Shown here piece by piece: positions 46,734-57,525 of a stretch of 64,000 nt of DNA. Source of the DNA: a virus. Its lineage: Duplodnaviria > Heunggongvirae > Uroviricota > Caudoviricetes. The stretch is taken from IMG/VR virus record IMGVR_UViG_3300032007_001569; one strand, 5' to 3'. Made by a program: the position numbers and the translations under genes. The number at the start of each line of letters is the position of its first letter. The first letter of the stretch is position 1. The notes under the pieces are model-generated. The model saw only the letters and a list, made by a program, of their open reading frames with translations. It searched no databases and was not told the origin of the DNA.

Positions 46734-47640
46734 ACTTTACTCCCATCCTTTCCAACACATTCTGCAGACCAAGCCCACCTTCACTCCACGGCTTCATGCA
46801 ATAGCGCCATAGCTGAGGATGCGTCTGCTTTAGCTTTTGAAATCTGTTTGGCTCCTGCTCGACGTGACAGCCGTACATGCAGAATACACAGCCTGTTCTG
46901 TCGCAGCCAGTCGTATGATATTTGCCGCTCTCATCCTTGACAATATCGCCATAGACCGGTGCATAAGCCAGACCGAAGCGATCTATATACTGAAGCACAT
47001 CCTGTTCCGTCCAGAAGGACATAGGCTTTGACATGGGGCGCTTGGCGTCGAAAGCGTTACAGCCCGTTTTTAACCATTCGGATTTTCTGAGCAGACTTTC
47101 AGACGCCATTGTCGCCACAATCGGATGAAGACCGCTTGCCTTTTCAAAGTGCTTTGCCGGATTCTTCTTCATCACCTGGCAACACTTATGACTGATGGGA
47201 ATGTTGCTGTCCCGCAGCCACTTCCACTTCGCCATTGAGAACCGGCCATTATACTTTTTGTTGTACTCGCTGTTCTCATCAAATCGAGCCGCCGTGTAAC
47301 CGTCTGGCTTCTGGCGATATTCATATATTTTCTGAGAAACTTCTTTGCTGACGAGCGGATAACCGTATGTTTCAATAACTTTCCTGAAATTCATTTCAGG
47401 CTTCAGCCATGTCACATTTGGAACTGTCTTGACGAACTGCCTGATCTCCGGGTATTCAAGCCCTGTGTCAACGAAAACGGCCAACATATCAGGGCAAACA
47501 CGGCGGGCGAGGTCAAGAAGCACCGTGCTGTCCTTTCCGCCGCTGAATGAAATGTAGGTTTTATTGTCAAATTGGAGGCAAAATTCGATGATTTTTGCCT
47601 GAGTTACCTGTATTTTTCGTTCCAGAGGCCACGCTTGCAT
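46726..47640 (-). CDS. PAPS reductase-like PP-loop ATPase (DndC/CysH family)
   Basis: PP-loop FSGGKDSTVLL, VFVDTG and a C-terminal Cys cluster CDRTGCVFCMYGC. The start is set to the Met at 47640, because the N-terminal extension in the ORF track is encoded by the IS terminus. Confidence 0.6.
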   Translation of the reverse strand: MQAWPLERKIQVTQAKIIEFCLQFDNKTYISFSGGKDSTVLLDLARRVCPDMLAVFVDTGLEYPEIRQFVKTVPNVTWLKPEMNFRKVIETYGYPLVSKEVSQKIYEYRQKPDGYTAARFDENSEYNKKYNGRFSMAKWKWLRDSNIPISHKCCQVMKKNPAKHFEKASGLHPIVATMASESLLRKSEWLKTGCNAFDAKRPMSKPMSFWTEQDVLQYIDRFGLAYAPVYGDIVKDESGKYHTTGCDRTGCVFCMYGCHVEQEPNRFQKLKQTHPQLWRYCMKPWSEGGLGLQNVLERMGVKYE

Positions 47641-47707
47641 TGTTTGCGGTAAAATGGAACTGTAGCAAAGGGGCACCAAAAAGTGAGCGGGCAATCGGGC
47701 AAAAAAA

Positions 47708-50006
<2,299 letters not shown>

Positions 50007-50008
50007 AA

Positions 50009-50135
50009 AGGGGCTCCAAAAAGTGAGCGTTGGGGCTCCAAAAGGGGCTTCAAAATGTGAGCGTTGGAGCTCCAAAATGTGAGCGAAAGGGCGCGACCCT
50101 GGGGCTCCAAAATGTGAGCAAAAGGGCTTCGCTGT
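50009..50135 (+). repeat. Array of 4-5 direct copies of the IS terminal motif (ggggctccaaaa[a/t]gtgagcg) inside the IS, just after istB
   Basis: The same about 20-nt motif forms the terminal inverted repeats and probably represents IstA binding sites. Confidence 0.6.
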
Positions 50136-50154
50136 TTTTCCCCTGCCGACGGCC

Positions 50155-50300
50155 TGAAAATTTAATCCACGGTTCCCTTGACATGGGGCCCTCCGTGGGG
50201 CGGTTTTCAGGTCAATGGGCCAACCCCGCGCTTCGCTGGATTGACCTGGCAAACAGCCTAACCGCCCCACGCCCATGTCAAGGGACTTTCGCGGATTAAG
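50155..50300 (+). repeat. Large nested palindrome inside the IS right end (about 38-bp imperfect arms plus inner 13-bp and 9-bp arms)
   Basis: ggcctgaaaatttaatccacggttcccttgacatggg pairs with cccatgtcaagggactttcgcggattaagttttcaggcc. The inner pair is ccgtggggcggtt / aaccgccccacgc. Confidence 0.55.
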
Positions 50301-50644
50301 TTTTCAGGCCTGAGCTCTGTATCCCCACGACTCTACTGCGGTGTTGGCAGGTGCTCACTTTTTGGGAGCCCTTTTGCTACACTTTTACGTTGACAAACAC
50401 ACGCTTGCATGACCTTTAGGTCTTCGTTTGTATATTTCACACCGACCACAAACCGTATGCCGGTCAGCGGTCAACTATTATCTCTTCCCATGCTACTTGC
50501 CCAACGGCTTTCACGCTACAACCAATAATTTTGCGCCATGCTTAACAAGCTCATGACAACCCGGCTTCACCGGGATAGGTGTTACTCCTTCCTGAAAATC
50601 ATCATATTGAAAAATACCTTCTTGTTGGTTTGTTCGTTCATGAG

Positions 50645-50830
50645 TTATGTCTTCGCGTGAACCTCAACACGAACCTTAGCCCACCCGAAATTCAGAAGAT
50701 GCTTTTCAAGCTCTTCCGCATCCTTGTAGGCCGCTTCCTCGCAGAAATAGTCGCCGCACTCCTTTGTCTCTGACGGCTCCGCGTCATACTTATTTTCCTT
50801 CCAGATCATGACCTTCAGATAGTACCTCAT
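50645..50830 (-). CDS. small protein translationally coupled to the DGR reverse transcriptase
   Basis: The RT stop TGA overlaps this ORF's ATG (ATGA) at 50827-50830. The product is 61 aa and acidic. Confidence 0.35.
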   Translation of the reverse strand: MRYYLKVMIWKENKYDAEPSETKECGDYFCEEAAYKDAEELEKHLLNFGWAKVRVEVHAKT

Positions 50831-51834
50831 TCAGTTTCCTCCGATATTTCAAAACGGTTCTTCTTGAGCAATTCATCCACCATGCTATCAAGGCTGGCAA
50901 TCAGGCGCTTACAGTTCCCGTGGCTCAGGTGGTTTTTCATTGAGCTATATATCACATCGAACTCATCCACGCTCATTTCGCCATTCTGAGCTTTTGCAAT
51001 CAGCTTGCGAATCTTTTTCTTCATGCCGCGCTTCTTTGCGCCATTGAGAAGGCGAATGACTTTGCCATCGTCCGTCACGTAGAAATGAAAGCCCAGGAAT
51101 TTGATTCCCTTCCGCAGCGGGACGATCTCTGTTTTCTCATTCAGCGTCAAATCCAGGCTTGCCAATAGCTTTTTAATGTCATCAAGCAGAGCTTTCAGCG
51201 CTTCGCGGCCTTCTGAAATGACATAGAAATCGTCCATGTATCTTCCGTACCTGCTGAACCCTCTTTCGGTTGTTATCATTTCGTCCAAGCGCATCAAATA
51301 CATCAGGGCGAAAACCTGGCTTGCCTGATTGCCCAACGGGAGGCCGATGCCCTCCGTGCTGTCAATTAAAAGATTACAAATCCACCTGATCCTCTCGTCG
51401 TCAAAGTGCTGCTCGACGACGCGCTTCATTTTCTCATGATTGATTGAATAGAAGAACTTCCTTATATCGCATTTCAGAATATAACCGTTTAGTCCGTGCT
51501 CCGCATAGAAACCGGACAGATGATCGGACAGCGTGTTCAGCCCGAAATCCGTTCCCTTGCCCACCTGCCCGGCAAAATTGGTCGAAATGAAGCTGTCTTT
51601 CAGCTTCGGCAAAAGGACATAATCACATAGGCAATGCTGAAGAACTTTGTCGCGGAACGAACCGACCATGATGACGCGACGCTTTGGCTCAGTCACAATC
51701 AGCTCATGGTATGGCGCTACTTTATATGTTCCATCCACGAGTTGCCGCTTCATTAATTGAATATTCTCCAAGGCATAGCGCTTAAATTCCTGCGCTTCCG
51801 CGCTGCGCCTTCTTCCGAGAAGCGACCGCTTCAT
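50827..51834 (-). CDS. Diversity-generating retroelement reverse transcriptase
   Basis: RT motifs are in order: CDIRKFF (motif A), the DGR-specific GIGLPLGNQASQ ([I/L]GxxxSQ replacing the group-II QGxxxSP), RYMDDFYV (YMDD) and KFLGFHF. The adjacent TR/VR pair supports the call. Confidence 0.85.
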   Translation of the reverse strand: MKRSLLGRRRSAEAQEFKRYALENIQLMKRQLVDGTYKVAPYHELIVTEPKRRVIMVGSFRDKVLQHCLCDYVLLPKLKDSFISTNFAGQVGKGTDFGLNTLSDHLSGFYAEHGLNGYILKCDIRKFFYSINHEKMKRVVEQHFDDERIRWICNLLIDSTEGIGLPLGNQASQVFALMYLMRLDEMITTERGFSRYGRYMDDFYVISEGREALKALLDDIKKLLASLDLTLNEKTEIVPLRKGIKFLGFHFYVTDDGKVIRLLNGAKKRGMKKKIRKLIAKAQNGEMSVDEFDVIYSSMKNHLSHGNCKRLIASLDSMVDELLKKNRFEISEETE

Positions 51835-51994
51835 AGACCGATAAAGGTTCCCGAAGTCGGTCAGCTTCTCAAAATCAGATAATGACTTTTGTATTTATCC
51901 CACCCTCTTTCGGCGAGAAAGGCTATACGCTCTTTTGATGTGGCGCTCTCCTTTGAGCTTCAACAGAAACCTAATCGCTCTCACAATCCACCAG

Positions 51995-52075
51995 AACGGG
52001 CGGACACCGTTGCAATAGTCAGAGTCGTTCCAATTCAGGACGCCATTGGAGTTGACGTTGCAGACGTTGCCAGCT
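51995..52075 (-). repeat. DGR template repeat (TR)
   Basis: 81 bp homologous to 52523-52603. It lies 160 nt upstream of the RT start on the RT strand. In the target frame it encodes AAC AAC AAC AAT AAT AAC GAC GAC TAT AAC codons. Confidence 0.85.
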
Positions 52076-52101
52076 ACAGCGTATAGCCCATAACGGTTTT
52101 G

Positions 52102-52467
52102 CTATAGTTTTGATCTTGCAGAAAGCGTCATATACTTTATGTCTGCAACGAGGGAAGACCAGGAATTGCACGTAACCTCGCTTATTAGCTTGGCATGAAG
52201 GCTGTATTCAGCCAGCTTCAAGAACTTGTTGCAGCATGATATGACACTCGTTTGCATATCGAATCGCGCGTCTTTCCGCTTCTGAGTGTCTGTTTTGATA
52301 CTGTTCGCGTCCTCTGAAAGACAATATATGTCGATAGCGCAGCCTTGTAACTTGTCGGAAAGCCTACGGAATCTGACAGGATAATGGCTTTTGCTCGTGG
52401 TGATGTCAAGCACACTTGTCATTAATTCACTGGCCTTTTCTCCGATGATAAATCTCTTCTCTGGCAT
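52102..52467 (-). CDS. Accessory variability determinant (Avd)-like small protein
   Basis: A 121-aa ORF located exactly between the target/VR and the TR, the canonical Avd position. No independent sequence confirmation is possible here. Confidence 0.5.
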   Translation of the reverse strand: MPEKRFIIGEKASELMTSVLDITTSKSHYPVRFRRLSDKLQGCAIDIYCLSEDANSIKTDTQKRKDARFDMQTSVISCCNKFLKLAEYSLHAKLISEVTCNSWSSLVADIKYMTLSARSKL

Positions 52468-52473
52468 TAAGAT

Positions 52474-53100
52474 TTAAGATTCGACAACCTCAAAATTCGA
52501 GATGGAAGAGTTCAAAATGCAAAACGGGCGGACACCGAGGCAACAGCCAGAGCCGCCCCAATCCAGGACGCCATCGGAGTCGACGCGGCAGACGAAGCCA
52601 GCATAATCTTTGTGATCGCTGACGGGCGTAGCCAGCCACCACCACTTGCCATAGGCAGGAAGATACTGACGATAGCGGCGGTAAAGCTCAGTTGTGAGCA
52701 AACTCACATGGTCGCGGCAGCACTTGCCGACGTTGGTTCCATCGTCTGCGGTCAGATTGACATTGTGCATGATGACATTCTGTCGGCCAACCGCGTCGGC
52801 CAAGCTGTCGAAGAAGGGGCCGTTCAGGTAATCGCGCACTTTGCTTGCCTTGTAGTTGTTATCTTTGCCGAACTCCATTTCCTTGACAAAATCCTTTGTA
52901 ATCAGCGCCGTCGTCTCCGCGCTGTGACCGAGTACGATATATTTGACATCGCCAATCTTGACCACTTTGCCACACTCGACATCGCCCAGCGGCACGCTGT
53001 TCTTGTTGATCTCATCAACATACAGCGTGATGGATTTGCCGTCGTCAGACTTTTCTACCTTCACATTGATACCAGTATTGTTGACAACATTGATCTTCAT
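52474..53100 (-). CDS. DGR target protein (208 aa) with a C-terminal C-type-lectin-like variable region
   Basis: The VR maps to residues about 166-193. The C-terminus GKWWWLATP...YAGFVCRVDSDGVLDWGGSGCCLGVRPFC fits the CLec-fold target pattern (W-rich, G[FV]RP). Confidence 0.75.
   Translation of the reverse strand: MKINVVNNTGINVKVEKSDDGKSITLYVDEINKNSVPLGDVECGKVVKIGDVKYIVLGHSAETTALITKDFVKEMEFGKDNNYKASKVRDYLNGPFFDSLADAVGRQNVIMHNVNLTADDGTNVGKCCRDHVSLLTTELYRRYRQYLPAYGKWWWLATPVSDHKDYAGFVCRVDSDGVLDWGGSGCCLGVRPFCILNSSISNFEVVES
52523..52603 (-). repeat. DGR variable repeat (VR) within the 3' end of the target gene
   Basis: It differs from the TR at 15 positions, all of them TR adenines on the coding strand (11 A to G, 2 to C, 2 to T). 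It ends with an invariant GC-rich 15-mer cggtgtccgcccgtt (IMH-like) shared with the TR. Confidence 0.85.
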
Positions 53101-53122
53101 ATCGTTATCCCTCTCTTTTCTA

Positions 53123-54184
53123 TTATCGTTTGGAAATCAGCGCATTTCCGCATGTGATCCTGTCGCTATCCTCTTCCAGGCTTGGCACAAAAACGATGAC
53201 ATCCCATCCCAAGTCAAGGAGTGGCTGCTCGAATTGCCGATATACGTCATAGTCTGTGTAGCTGGAACCAACATCAAAGCCATTGGCAACGGCGGAATTG
53301 GTCTGGTGAATGGGCGTAATCTTGACGATAAACTTTTCCCTGTCAAACATGCTGTCCAGCTTTGCAGCGTCCAGAATTGTATCTTTGGTAATGGCGAAAT
53401 TCAGCGTATATTTTCTGCCCTTTGGCATGGGAAGGTCATCAGCCAATTTTGCAATCTCGCGCAGACTTAAACTGTGCCATGCGAACTGTTCGTCGCGCTG
53501 AATATCATCCGTCGAGTTAATGCTGAACTGCAATCCGGCCTCGCCGTTGTATACATCATTCTTGACCGTACACCACAGATGGATAAAATCTGACAGGTAA
53601 TGGTTTGTTCGCGGCAACATCGTCGAGATGACCGGGTGGATTGTATCGGCACGAATGTAATCCCTGACCAGATGTCGCAATCGCTCGAACGCGAACGTAA
53701 TCACCATACCGTTATACGTCGGCTCTCCCATTCTTGCAAAGTGGACGTTAAAGCGCTCTGTGTGCTCAACATCCGGCTCGTTTTGCAATATGGTTTCAAT
53801 CTGGTATATCAGATCGTCCATTGATGCGTTGCCATAGAATCCATATTTCGGGCAGTCGCAAAAAGTACAGCGCTGGAAGCACCCTCGTTGTGTGCTAATC
53901 GTGGCAACCCATTTCTTACTCAGATCTACAGCCGTGTTTGCGACGCCGTGGATTTCCTTTGTGAGGCCGAGAAAATTGGCCTTGATGTTGTTCTCTTTGC
54001 CATAGTCTCCAACGGTGAGAAATTCCAGACGGCGCTCGCGGTCTACATAAATTTTGCCCGTGTGCGTGTTGACGACTTCAAGCATAGGCATCACCAATCC
54101 TTTCAAACAGTACCGAATTAAACGAGGCTTCCGGCACTTCCAAGAGCCAAATTTCCGTGCGGCTTCTGCCGACATGGATTTCAT
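53123..54184 (-). CDS. Radical SAM enzyme
   Basis: CFQRCTFCDC (CxxxCxxC) in a 353-aa protein, immediately upstream of the DGR target. Confidence 0.65.
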   Translation of the reverse strand: MKSMSAEAARKFGSWKCRKPRLIRYCLKGLVMPMLEVVNTHTGKIYVDRERRLEFLTVGDYGKENNIKANFLGLTKEIHGVANTAVDLSKKWVATISTQRGCFQRCTFCDCPKYGFYGNASMDDLIYQIETILQNEPDVEHTERFNVHFARMGEPTYNGMVITFAFERLRHLVRDYIRADTIHPVISTMLPRTNHYLSDFIHLWCTVKNDVYNGEAGLQFSINSTDDIQRDEQFAWHSLSLREIAKLADDLPMPKGRKYTLNFAITKDTILDAAKLDSMFDREKFIVKITPIHQTNSAVANGFDVGSSYTDYDVYRQFEQPLLDLGWDVIVFVPSLEEDSDRITCGNALISKR

Positions 54185-54401
54185 CGACGGTATAGGTCGC
54201 GCCGAAAGTCAGATAGTCCTTAGCCTTTTCTTTATCACATTCCATACCGTTATACGGATAGGAAAACCGCACCTTGTCGCCGTGCTTGCAGAAGATCGCC
54301 TCGCGCGGGTCGCCGGAACACTGGCCGCACCTCCAGCCATTCGCGGGCATGTAGTCCAGAAATACACCATCCAGCTTGCAATCGCACTTACTGCATCTCA
54401 T
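54078..54401 (-). CDS. hypothetical Cys-rich protein
   Basis: 107 aa with CSKCDC...CGQCSG...CKHG. Confidence 0.3.
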   Translation of the reverse strand: MRCSKCDCKLDGVFLDYMPANGWRCGQCSGDPREAIFCKHGDKVRFSYPYNGMECDKEKAKDYLTFGATYTVDEIHVGRSRTEIWLLEVPEASFNSVLFERIGDAYA

Positions 54402-54533
54402 TCAAATCCTCCCTTTCGTACTTCTCCGCCTGGCGCTCCATCGCATCATCCTCACGACTGGCGACAATCAGACTGGCATAAGCCGTAATCATAATGAGGA
54501 CGAGAAAAATTAAACCAAGAATTAGCCAGTCTT

Positions 54534-54995
54534 TCATCGAGCGCCTCCGCCATACAGCTTAATGACCCTGCCGCCATCGGCCTTATAGCGGTGTACGTCC
54601 AACAGTCTGCACATTGATCGCTTCTCCATGTCTTCATAGAACACATCGAAAATTCCGTCCACAAAATAGGCGGGCTGATTGTCGAAGCAGACCATCGCAA
54701 CGCCGTCTGAATCGGAATAGATGATGGTGGTGTGTTGCTTGGTCATCGCCTGGCCGTACATATAGCCGGACTCCGCGAAGCCTCCGCCCGTGTTCGGGAA
54801 CCATTGCGGGAACACATCGACGGACGTGTCGTCCAGATACGGCGCGCCTTCCTCATGGCACTCAATCCGGTGCTTATTGAACACGCGGACAAGCCATTCA
54901 AGATCGGGGTATTTTGCGTTTGGGTTGATTTCGTGCATGGTTTCCTCCTTACGCGGCTTTGTCGGCCTTGATTTGTTCCTCAATGATGTAATCAA
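54534..54995 (-). CDS. hypothetical protein
   Basis: 153-aa ORF. Confidence 0.35.
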   Translation of the reverse strand: MITSLRNKSRPTKPRKEETMHEINPNAKYPDLEWLVRVFNKHRIECHEEGAPYLDDTSVDVFPQWFPNTGGGFAESGYMYGQAMTKQHTTIIYSDSDGVAMVCFDNQPAYFVDGIFDVFYEDMEKRSMCRLLDVHRYKADGGRVIKLYGGGAR

Positions 54996-55335
54996 TGTCG
55001 CGGATAGCGATATTCCGCGCGGCGTTGAAGTCGGCGTTTTTCTTATAGCCGCAGCGCTGACACTGGAACACAGCCTGAATCTTGCGATTATTCTTATCTA
55101 TATGGTGCGAACTTGGCCGCGTTTTCATGGGCGCTTGACGTTCGCACCGCGCGGATTCAATCTGAATTATCCGCGACTTCTTCCGGCTTCCCGCCGTATT
55201 TCTCCACGAACTTCTCCATTATCAGGCCAGTCGCCAATCGCTTGATGGCCTCCCGGTTTGCCCGGCATTGCTTCTTGCAATAGGGCTGGCGGCGGCACTC
55301 CGAACACTTACCCGTGTCCTGCCATGCTTCCCTGC

Positions 55336-55962
55336 TCATGCGCTTCCCTCCGTTTCTTCCTGGTCTGCGATTCTCGTTCGATACTTCCTGCCCGCCATGC
55401 CGTCAATGCTCTTTGAAAGCTGGTTCACGCCGTCCTCGTTCAGGCGCATCCTGCCCACATAGCCGATGATCTCCATTTCGTTCTTGATTCGGCGACGATT
55501 TCTCAGTGCACCCTGAAGCCTCTTGCAATACATATAGCCTTGACAGGCATTGAAGGAAGTCAATTCGATGTTGTGATAGATGTCGCTGATCTCCTTATCC
55601 GCCCGGCTTAATTCGGCTATAAGGTCTGCGCTCCGTTCGCCCAATCCGGAAACAATGTCAATCAATGAATCAACCATGTCAGCGGTCGTGCGCTTTTCCT
55701 CTGGCGCTTCTGGCGAGGCCGCGCCGAACGGGATCAACTCGCCCATCTTTTCCGGTTTCGTCAATGTGACGCGCTCAACGGTGATTGCCTGAACGGAATA
55801 ACGCTCTCTGAGCTTCTGAGCCAATGAGCTGCGATACACATTGTTCGCCTTGTCCAGATCGTCCCACACCGTGGCGTATCTCTGGCCGGTGATCTCGACA
55901 TACTTCCCGTTATCCTGACGGATAAAACGCCCTTCCCCATCCGCCAACACATACCGAATCAT
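55336..55962 (-). CDS. hypothetical protein
   Basis: 208-aa ORF. Confidence 0.35.
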   Translation of the reverse strand: MIRYVLADGEGRFIRQDNGKYVEITGQRYATVWDDLDKANNVYRSSLAQKLRERYSVQAITVERVTLTKPEKMGELIPFGAASPEAPEEKRTTADMVDSLIDIVSGLGERSADLIAELSRADKEISDIYHNIELTSFNACQGYMYCKRLQGALRNRRRIKNEMEIIGYVGRMRLNEDGVNQLSKSIDGMAGRKYRTRIADQEETEGSA

Positions 55963-55994
55963 GATTTACACTCCTTATCTATTTCTTGTACCTG

Positions 55995-56023
55995 TTGACA
56001 ATGTAATTTGACTGTTTTATATT
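55995..56023 (+). promoter_or_regulatory. Plus-strand sigma70-like promoter (TTGACA-17-TATATT), antisense to the gene array
   Basis: ttgacaatgtaatttgactgttttatatt on the plus strand, preceded by gtacctgttgaca, which resembles the tacctgtttgaaat element found at 56408 and 57509. Confidence 0.4.
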
Positions 56024-56055
56024 GGCCGCGCGTTTGACGCGGCCATTTTATTGGG

Positions 56056-56295
56056 TCATGCCGCTGTGTTCTCCAAGGCAAGCATTTCCTCAAACAACGT
56101 CAGCATTTTATCCCGAATGGCGTTCCGCTGGGGCCAACTCAGGTTTTCCGCATGGAACAGGCGGAACTCTCGCTCGTTGATCTCGAAAAAGACATCAAGC
56201 ACCATGCCATTTTCGAGCCTCACGCGCGATTCATACCAAGAGAACAATTCTCCATCAAACCGTTCGACACTCACAACAGTCATCTTCAATCTCAA
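56056..56295 (-). CDS. hypothetical protein
   Basis: 79-aa ORF downstream of promoter P7. It is preferred over the overlapping Ser-rich plus-strand ORF. Confidence 0.35.
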   Translation of the reverse strand: MRLKMTVVSVERFDGELFSWYESRVRLENGMVLDVFFEINEREFRLFHAENLSWPQRNAIRDKMLTLFEEMLALENTAA

Positions 56296-56348
56296 ACACC
56301 TTCCTTCATCTCACAATCGAACGTTTGTTCTTTTTGGGCGGTGAGATC

Positions 56349-56377
56349 ATTATACCTTATTTGGCAGGTCTTGTCAA
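56349..56377 (-). promoter_or_regulatory. sigma70-type promoter P7 (TTGACA-17-TATAAT)
   Basis: Minus strand TTGACAAGACCTGCCAAATAAGGTATAAT. Confidence 0.6.
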
Positions 56378-56459
56378 TACCAATCACTAAAATTATTTCT
56401 CTGTACCTGTTTGAAATTAAATTTATCTCCAATGAAAAGGGCTTTGTGCCCTGTTTCAT

Positions 56460-57449
56460 TTATTGGTGAATGTAGCTGACGATCTTGTTCCTGAACTGTT
56501 GAATATCGTCTACAATGCCGTATTTCTGCGCCGCCGCGCGGAAATCGTCAGCTTTGCCAGAATCCCTCTGCGCGTTCAGAATGGCATTTGCTCTTTCCGC
56601 ACCGTAAGTTTTAACCAGCGTATCATAGAAGCCAAGGTGGTACAGGACTATATAGCTGACATCCTTGCCGAAACCAATATCCTTTGCCGCCGTCTTGATG
56701 CAGTTGTGAAAATAGGCACAGGCAATGGTCGGCTGTTTGTCGTTGATTTTGTCAACCTGCGAAGCCCTGGTGGGCAGCGTGAAATAGCTGTCGTGATAGG
56801 GCGTCATAATCAGATTCCCACGCATGAACGGAATGACCTTCATTTCGTGAACGCGCTGCGCGAGGTTGAACGTCTTTTCGTCCAGTGTGATCGTCCTGAA
56901 ATCTGCCAGCCTGATCGTGCGCGTCTTGGGTGATATATCCTCTTCCTTTACCGCGATGATTTCCGTCGATTTGGAAAAGCCGCTGTAGAAAAGACGGATC
57001 ATTAGCTCGATAAAGTCTGCCCGCTCCGCATCATAGTATCTGCGGACGCCGGAAATTAAATCCTCCATATCCTGCGTGGTGAATACATCGGTTTCATCCG
57101 CCAGGGCCATACTCAGATTATGCGCTGAAAACTGCTTCGCGTTGAACGGATTGTATACCGACGCATGATAAGTCTCATTATACCACTCAATCATATTGCG
57201 ATAGCAATTTGCGACGATGTAAACGGTGGAGAACGGAGCGCGTCTGCCGGATTTGCTGACGATCTTGTTCTTCAGAAAGTACATGATTTCGTCCGCGTTC
57301 ATCTCGATCAACTGCTTGCCGATTTCCTCTTCGTATTCATAGAGTTCTTTCCGGTCAATCATCGTGATAAACTTTTCAGGCGTTTTCATATTTGTCTTTG
57401 AAGCTGTATACTTATCTATCATTTCCCGTGTCGTCATATGCTCTGCCAT
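56460..57449 (-). CDS. hypothetical protein
   Basis: 329-aa ORF downstream of a promoter. Confidence 0.4.
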   Translation of the reverse strand: MAEHMTTREMIDKYTASKTNMKTPEKFITMIDRKELYEYEEEIGKQLIEMNADEIMYFLKNKIVSKSGRRAPFSTVYIVANCYRNMIEWYNETYHASVYNPFNAKQFSAHNLSMALADETDVFTTQDMEDLISGVRRYYDAERADFIELMIRLFYSGFSKSTEIIAVKEEDISPKTRTIRLADFRTITLDEKTFNLAQRVHEMKVIPFMRGNLIMTPYHDSYFTLPTRASQVDKINDKQPTIACAYFHNCIKTAAKDIGFGKDVSYIVLYHLGFYDTLVKTYGAERANAILNAQRDSGKADDFRAAAQKYGIVDDIQQFRNKIVSYIHQ

Positions 57450-57478
57450 TCCGCTCTCTCCTTTCCTTTTACTTCGTC

Positions 57479-57507
57479 ATCTTATCACAAAAATCCGATT
57501 ATGTCAA
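57479..57507 (-). promoter_or_regulatory. sigma70-type promoter (TTGACA-17-TAAGAT)
   Basis: Minus strand TTGACATAATCGGATTTTTGTGATAAGAT, upstream of ORF 56460-57449. Confidence 0.5.
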
Positions 57508-57525
57508 TACCTGTTTGAAATATTT

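Noticed and set aside
46726-47694. Full-length 322-aa version of the PAPS-reductase-like ORF starting at 47694
   Set aside because: Its first 18 codons are encoded by the IS21 left terminus (47641 onward). The native start is more plausibly the Met at 47640, inside the target-site duplication.
50009-50135. CRISPR-like array from the regularly spaced ggggctccaaaa-gtgagcg repeats
   Set aside because: The repeats are about 20 nt, the spacers are irregular and very short, and the same motif forms the IS terminal inverted repeats. These are IS21 transposase-binding repeats, not CRISPR.
50827-51834. RT as a group II intron maturase or a retron RT
   Set aside because: The motif-4 region is LGNQASQ, the DGR form, not the QGxxxSP of group II intron RTs. 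No intron domain V or VI-like structure and no msr/msd are apparent. A TR/VR pair with adenine-specific differences is present.
51889-52086. Plus-strand ORF overlapping the DGR template repeat
   Set aside because: It lies antisense to the DGR cassette and coincides exactly with the non-coding TR. It is most likely a spurious ORF.
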